In this document: positions 26,183 to 30,271 of the stretch, in pieces | Numbering within the stretch: the stretch's first letter is position 1 | How the letters are laid out: each line of letters starts with the position of its first letter | Source of the DNA: a virus | Lineage: Duplodnaviria > Caudoviricetes | IMG/VR virus record: IMGVR_UViG_3300032233_001245 | Location: 1-30,271 of that record | Direction: 5' to 3' (one strand) | Length of the DNA: 30,271 nucleotides | The notes under the pieces: model-generated | What the model saw: only the letters and a program-made list of their open reading frames with translations | Database searches by the model: none | Told to the model about the DNA's origin: nothing | Made by a program: the position numbers and the translations under genes

Positions 26183-28033
26183 ATGGATGTAACGCAAGAG
26201 ATTCTTAGCGAGATTACTACGTACATGAAGTACGCTAAGTATGTGCCTGAATTAAAAAGAAGAGAAACATGGAGCGAATTAGTTACGAGAAACAAGGAAA
26301 TGCATCAAACTAAATTCCCACAACTAAAAGATGAAATCGAAGAAGCCTATAAACTGGTTTACGATAAGAAAGTACTACCGTCAATGCGTTCGTTACAGTT
26401 CGCAGGCAAACCCATTGAACTTAATAATTCTCGTATATTTAATTGCTCTTTTCTTCCTATCAATGATTGGAGAGCTTTTAGCGAAATAATGTTCTTGTTG
26501 TTGAGTGGTTGTGGAGTAGGTTATTCAGTTCAAACACATCATGTTGATGAACTACCTGAAATTAAGGTGCCAACTAAACACAAAAGATATTTAATAGGCG
26601 ATAGTATCGAAGGATGGGCAGATGCGGTAAGAATGCTTTGTAAAGCGTATTTTACGGGTGCTCCGTTGCCTTTATTCGATTATAGAGATATTAGAGCTAA
26701 AGGTGCTCAGTTAATCACCGTAGGTGGTAAAGCACCAGGCCCAGAACCATTGAAAGAATGTTTATTTAACTTGCAAAAGGTATTTGACCGTAAAAAGAAT
26801 GGTGATAAATTAACATCACTAGATGCTCATGATATGGCTTGCCATATTGCTGATGCTGTATTAAGTGGTGGTATTAGAAGAGCAGCATTGATTTCATTAT
26901 TCAACTTAGATGATGAAGAAATGTTAACGTGTAAATTTGGAAGCTGGTGGGAACAAAACCCACAACGTGGTAGAGCAAATAACAGTGCTGTAGTAATACG
27001 TCACAAAATTGATGAAGAGGAATTTCTTAAATTATGGAAGAAAATTGAATTAAGTGGATCTGGAGAACCAGGCATCTACTTTAGCAACGATAAAGAATGG
27101 GGAACAAACCCATGCTGTGAAATTGCTCTTAGACCATTCCAATTCTGTAACTTATGTGAAGTAAATGTATCAAATATCGAATCACAAGAAGACTTAAATG
27201 AACGTGTTAGAATAGGTGCATTTATTGGAACATTACAAGCAGCATATACTGATTTCCATTACTTAAGAGACATATGGCAAAAAACAACTGAAAAAGATGC
27301 TTTATTAGGCGTTGGAATGACAGGTATTGGATCAGGTGTTATCTTAAATTACGATTTAAAGAAAGCAGCTGATTTAGCTAAAACAGAAAACGCTCGTATC
27401 GCTGAAATTATTGGAGTTAATAAAGCAGCTCGTGTAACTACAGTTAAACCATCAGGAACATCATCATTAGTATTAGGAACTGCATCAGGCATTCACGCTT
27501 GGCATAACGATTACTACATCAGACGTATTCGTGTAGGTAAGAATGAGGCTATTTATAACTACTTAGCTATTAATCATCCTGAATTAGTTGAAGATGATTT
27601 CTTTAAACCAACAATTCAAGCTGTAATTTCAGTACCACAACAAGCACCTCCAGGTTCTATCTTAAGAACAGAGAATGTAATGGATATGCTTGAACGTGTT
27701 AAGAAATTTAACACACAATGGGTTAAGAAAGGACATAGAAAAGGAGCAAACACAAATAACGTATCAGCTACAGTGCCTATTAATGAAAATGAATGGGAAG
27801 CAGTAGGACAATGGATGTGGACTAATAGAGAAACATTTAACGGATTATCAGTATTACCATTCTTTGGAGGTAGTTATACTCAAGCTCCATTTGAAGATAT
27901 TACTAAAGAACAATTCGATGAAATGGTACAACATTTACATAACATTGATTTAAGTCAAATAGTCGAATTTAGTGATATGACAGCATTAATGGACCAAGCA
28001 GCGTGTGCTGGTGGTGCCTGTGAAATAGTGTAA
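26183..28033 (+). CDS. nrdJ: Class II (adenosylcobalamin-dependent) ribonucleotide reductase
   Basis: PSMR, FNC, GGIRRAA, NPCCEI (thiyl Cys), CNL, TVKPSGT and a C-terminal redox pair CAGGAC; 616 aa with no beta subunit or activase gene nearby. Confidence 0.92.
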   Translation: MDVTQEILSEITTYMKYAKYVPELKRRETWSELVTRNKEMHQTKFPQLKDEIEEAYKLVYDKKVLPSMRSLQFAGKPIELNNSRIFNCSFLPINDWRAFSEIMFLLLSGCGVGYSVQTHHVDELPEIKVPTKHKRYLIGDSIEGWADAVRMLCKAYFTGAPLPLFDYRDIRAKGAQLITVGGKAPGPEPLKECLFNLQKVFDRKKNGDKLTSLDAHDMACHIADAVLSGGIRRAALISLFNLDDEEMLTCKFGSWWEQNPQRGRANNSAVVIRHKIDEEEFLKLWKKIELSGSGEPGIYFSNDKEWGTNPCCEIALRPFQFCNLCEVNVSNIESQEDLNERVRIGAFIGTLQAAYTDFHYLRDIWQKTTEKDALLGVGMTGIGSGVILNYDLKKAADLAKTENARIAEIIGVNKAARVTTVKPSGTSSLVLGTASGIHAWHNDYYIRRIRVGKNEAIYNYLAINHPELVEDDFFKPTIQAVISVPQQAPPGSILRTENVMDMLERVKKFNTQWVKKGHRKGANTNNVSATVPINENEWEAVGQWMWTNRETFNGLSVLPFFGGSYTQAPFEDITKEQFDEMVQHLHNIDLSQIVEFSDMTALMDQAACAGGACEIV

Positions 28034-28034
28034 T

Positions 28035-28244
28035 ATGAGTAAAGATCTAATAAACAATGTAGATTACTATATAGAAGGCGAGCGCGTGATTTTCACAGCG
28101 CTCGCTCACATTAAACGCGGCTCATGCTGTGGTAATGGATGTAGACATTGTCCTTATGAACCAAGACATACTAAAGGAAAGGTGGTTGTGTCAGAGAAAT
28201 TACTTAAATTCACTCATAATAATTTTAACAATGGAGCCGAATAA
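28035..28244 (+). CDS. Small Cys-rich protein (DUF5522-like motif)
   Basis: HIKRGSCCGNGCRHCPY. Confidence 0.75.
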   Translation: MSKDLINNVDYYIEGERVIFTALAHIKRGSCCGNGCRHCPYEPRHTKGKVVVSEKLLKFTHNNFNNGAE

Positions 28245-28395
28245 AATCCACGAACGAGTACTTGAAATACAGAAAAATATGCCTGAGGCATCACCAGAAC
28301 AACAAACAGCGATGTTAGGTGAATTATTTGAATTAGTATCTAAAGTTGAACAATCATTATCTGAAATTAAAATCGAAAGCGACGATGAAGAATAA
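28231..28395 (+). CDS. Small acidic hypothetical protein
   Basis: ATG at 28231 (MEPNKIHERV...) gives a short overlap typical of this genome. Confidence 0.55.
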   Translation: MEPNKIHERVLEIQKNMPEASPEQQTAMLGELFELVSKVEQSLSEIKIESDDEE

Positions 28396-28597
28396 TATAA
28401 TAGAAGGAATACTAATTGTTATTGGCTTGATTATGCTAGTAGCTTTATTATTTGGATTACCACTACAAATATTATGGAATATGCTTATGCCTAGTTTATT
28501 TAATCTACCCTATATTAGCTTCTGGCAAGCTTGTGGATTAAATTTAATAGCCGGAATATTATTTAGATCAAACATTACAGTAAAAAATAAAAATTAA
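28385..28597 (+). CDS. Small two-helix membrane protein
   Basis: ATG at 28385; IIEGILIVIGLIMLVALLFGLPL...LWN..MP..F.LP.ISFWQA.GL. Confidence 0.7.
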   Translation: MKNNIIEGILIVIGLIMLVALLFGLPLQILWNMLMPSLFNLPYISFWQACGLNLIAGILFRSNITVKNKN

Positions 28598-28598
28598 T

Positions 28599-29060
28599 AT
28601 GCCAAAATTTCAATCAACAAAGTTGTTTGATGGTTTCAGTACAGTATTCCGTCAATGGAGAGCAGAAGGTACTCATTGTAAATTCCTTCATGGTTATGGT
28701 GTTTCATTTAGAGTATGGTTTGAAGGTGAACTAGACGAACGTAATTGGGTTTGGGACTTTGGAGGCATGAAACGTGCTAAAGGTAACATCGATGGTAAGA
28801 ATCCTAAAGAATGGATGGACTATATGTTTGATCATACTACAATTGTAGCTACAGACGACCCAGGAATTAATGGATTTAGAACAATGAATGAATTAGGTAT
28901 AGTTCAATTAAGAGAATTAGAAGCCGTTGGAGCAGAACAATTTGCAAAATATATTTACGAAAAATTGAATAAATTTGTTCAAGAAGAAACAAATGGTAGA
29001 GTTAGCGTTGTGCGAGTGGAATTTATGGAACACAGCAAAAACACCGCCATATATGAGTAA
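28599..29060 (+). CDS. queD: 6-carboxy-5,6,7,8-tetrahydropterin synthase (QueD/PTPS T-fold family)
   Basis: HCKFLHGY, WVWDFG, FDHT, GAEQFA and a C-terminal E; clustered with queC and a TGT-like gene. Confidence 0.85.
   Translation: MPKFQSTKLFDGFSTVFRQWRAEGTHCKFLHGYGVSFRVWFEGELDERNWVWDFGGMKRAKGNIDGKNPKEWMDYMFDHTTIVATDDPGINGFRTMNELGIVQLRELEAVGAEQFAKYIYEKLNKFVQEETNGRVSVVRVEFMEHSKNTAIYE
28927..28957 (+). promoter_or_regulatory. Candidate internal promoter (TTGG-N19-TATATTTA) inside queD
   Basis: TTGG 28927-28930 and TATATTTA 28950-28957, the same spacing as the intergenic copies. Confidence 0.45.
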
Positions 29061-29340
29061 AAAATTAGAAAAAAACTTTGAAAAAGTACGTCGTAAGATA
29101 CTTCGTGAAGAATACGAACAAAACCATCCTCATTATACTGAAGGTATATGGGAGGATGCTATGTTAGAAAATAATAGCTATTGGGATGTAGATTATTTAG
29201 AAGCAAAAAATGCAGGAACCAATCAAGGTATTAAATATTGGGAGAAAAGAAAATCTGAAGCCTCAAGTTGGCTAGGAAAATGGTATTGTCAAATTAGAAT
29301 TGATAAATTAAAAGAAAAACTACACCACTATGAAAATTAG
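29053..29340 (+). CDS. Hypothetical Trp-rich protein within the deazaguanine cluster
   Basis: ATG at 29053 overlaps the queD stop; its end overlaps the next start codon. Confidence 0.6.
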   Translation: MSKKLEKNFEKVRRKILREEYEQNHPHYTEGIWEDAMLENNSYWDVDYLEAKNAGTNQGIKYWEKRKSEASSWLGKWYCQIRIDKLKEKLHHYEN

Positions 29341-30118
29341 TCATGAGTTACCTTTAGACTTAATGAAATATGCATATAAATGGAATGACTATGATTATTG
29401 TCTTCCCCATTTAATTGACAAATATGATGAATATAAAGAATTCTTTTATTATTCAAGAACACATGCCAATCGCTTTATTATCATGGATAATGGTTTATTC
29501 GAGGGAGTAGTACATACAACAGAGGATTTATTAAATAAAATTGAATTAGTTCGTCCTAATATATTCATTGTACCAGACGCTTGGAATGATGCAAATACAA
29601 CTCTAGTAAATGCTAAGAGCTGGATGATTAACTATAAAGCAGGTTTACCTAAAGGAGTTAATTTAATGGCTGTGTGTCAGGGTAACGATATAGGAGAATT
29701 AATTACAACATACCAAACATTAGTTGATTTAGGATATGAACACATTGCATTCAACCACTCTAGTATTGCATATCAAAAAGAATATACTGGAATGGATCAT
29801 TTGAAAGCATCAATGTATGGTAGAATGGAGTTTATTAGACGCCTAGTACAATCGGGTGCTATTAGAAAAACACATTACCATCATTTATTAGGATGTTCAT
29901 TACCACAAGAATTCATGTCATACAGTGATTGGAAATTTATTAAATCAGTGGATACGTCTAATCCAATTTTAGTTGGAGCTGAAGGTAAAAGATACAGTGA
30001 TAGTGGTTTATCATGGAAACCAAAAGAAAAGCTTGAATATTATTTTGAGAAAGATTTGCATGGGCAAATAGAAGATATTATATTCAATGTCAACAGATTT
30101 AAATCATTTATTAAGTAA
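29330..30118 (+). CDS. dpdA: DpdA/TGT-fold guanine transglycosylase-like protein (7-deazaguanine insertion)
   Basis: TGT-barrel motifs in order: IMDNGLFE, VPDAW, AVCQG, HHLLG, SVDTS. No Zn-binding CxCxxC tail. Lies between queD and queC. Confidence 0.75.
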   Translation: MKISHELPLDLMKYAYKWNDYDYCLPHLIDKYDEYKEFFYYSRTHANRFIIMDNGLFEGVVHTTEDLLNKIELVRPNIFIVPDAWNDANTTLVNAKSWMINYKAGLPKGVNLMAVCQGNDIGELITTYQTLVDLGYEHIAFNHSSIAYQKEYTGMDHLKASMYGRMEFIRRLVQSGAIRKTHYHHLLGCSLPQEFMSYSDWKFIKSVDTSNPILVGAEGKRYSDSGLSWKPKEKLEYYFEKDLHGQIEDIIFNVNRFKSFIK

Positions 30119-30121
30119 AAT

Positions 30122-30271
30122 ATGAAACAAGCAGTTTTGTCATTATCAGGTGGGATGGACAGTAGTTCATTATTGTTACACCTATTAGCTAAAGGCTATG
30201 AAGTAACAGCATTAGGATTTGACTATGGTCAAAAACACAAAGTAGAATTAGAGCGTGCTACATCATTAGTA
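30122..30271 (+). CDS. queC: 7-cyano-7-deazaguanine synthase QueC, 3' end outside the window
   Basis: Translated by hand: MKQAVLSLSGGMDSSSLLLHLLAKGYEVTALGFDYGQKHKVELERATSLV, with the SGGxDS PP-loop and FDYGQxH. Confidence 0.92.
   Translation, partial: MKQAVLSLSGGMDSSSLLLHLLAKGYEVTALGFDYGQKHKVELERATSLV

Noticed and set aside
22383-28033. Inteins or introns in recA, helicase or nrdJ
   Set aside because: Protein lengths are normal, motifs are contiguous and no splicing or homing-endonuclease motifs are seen.
28129-29052. Longer upstream starts in the ORF track (28129, 28346, 28975; likewise 5535)
   Set aside because: They create long overlaps with neighbouring genes; downstream ATGs (28231, 28385, 29053, 5586) fit the short-overlap pattern.
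1-30271. Stop-codon reassignment as in some Bacteroidota phages
   Set aside because: Standard code 11 gives full-length, densely packed genes, and TAG serves as a real stop (4725, 10412, 21494, 29340).
1-30271. tRNA, riboswitch or other ncRNA genes, including a cobalamin riboswitch near nrdJ
   Set aside because: Intergenic gaps are all under about 100 bp and AT-rich, and no cloverleaf or B12-box was seen by eye; a covariance-model scan would be needed to exclude them fully.

Overview
This is an AT-rich, gene-dense window with every credible gene on the + strand. It is part of a large contractile-tailed (myovirus-type) dsDNA phage genome, probably infecting a Bacteroidota host: there are TTGG-N18/19-TATATT promoter-like elements and A-rich leaders without Shine-Dalgarno sequences. 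Positions 1-19753 are a tail module: two paralogous tail fibres (one with a C-terminal S74 autocleaving chaperone), a lectin-like tip protein, a small accessory cassette, sheath, tube, a tail-assembly chaperone with a hidden frameshifted extension, tape measure, tube-initiator-like protein, LysM wedge protein and a hub-amidase fusion. Positions 19788-28033 cover replication and nucleotide metabolism: a truncated PolA-like protein, gp32-like SSB, RecA/UvsX, 5'-3' exonuclease, DnaB-like helicase, thioredoxin and class II RNR. From 28599 to the end is a 7-deazaguanine DNA-modification cluster (QueD, DpdA/TGT-like, start of QueC). The most notable observations are a thumb-less family A polymerase with a small partner gene in a deazaguanine-modifying phage, an annexin-like repeat inside the baseplate hub, a +1/-2 frameshift chaperone, two promoter classes and GC-rich hairpins hidden in the 5' ends of downstream genes. 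All calls come from motif recognition by eye; no searches were run.
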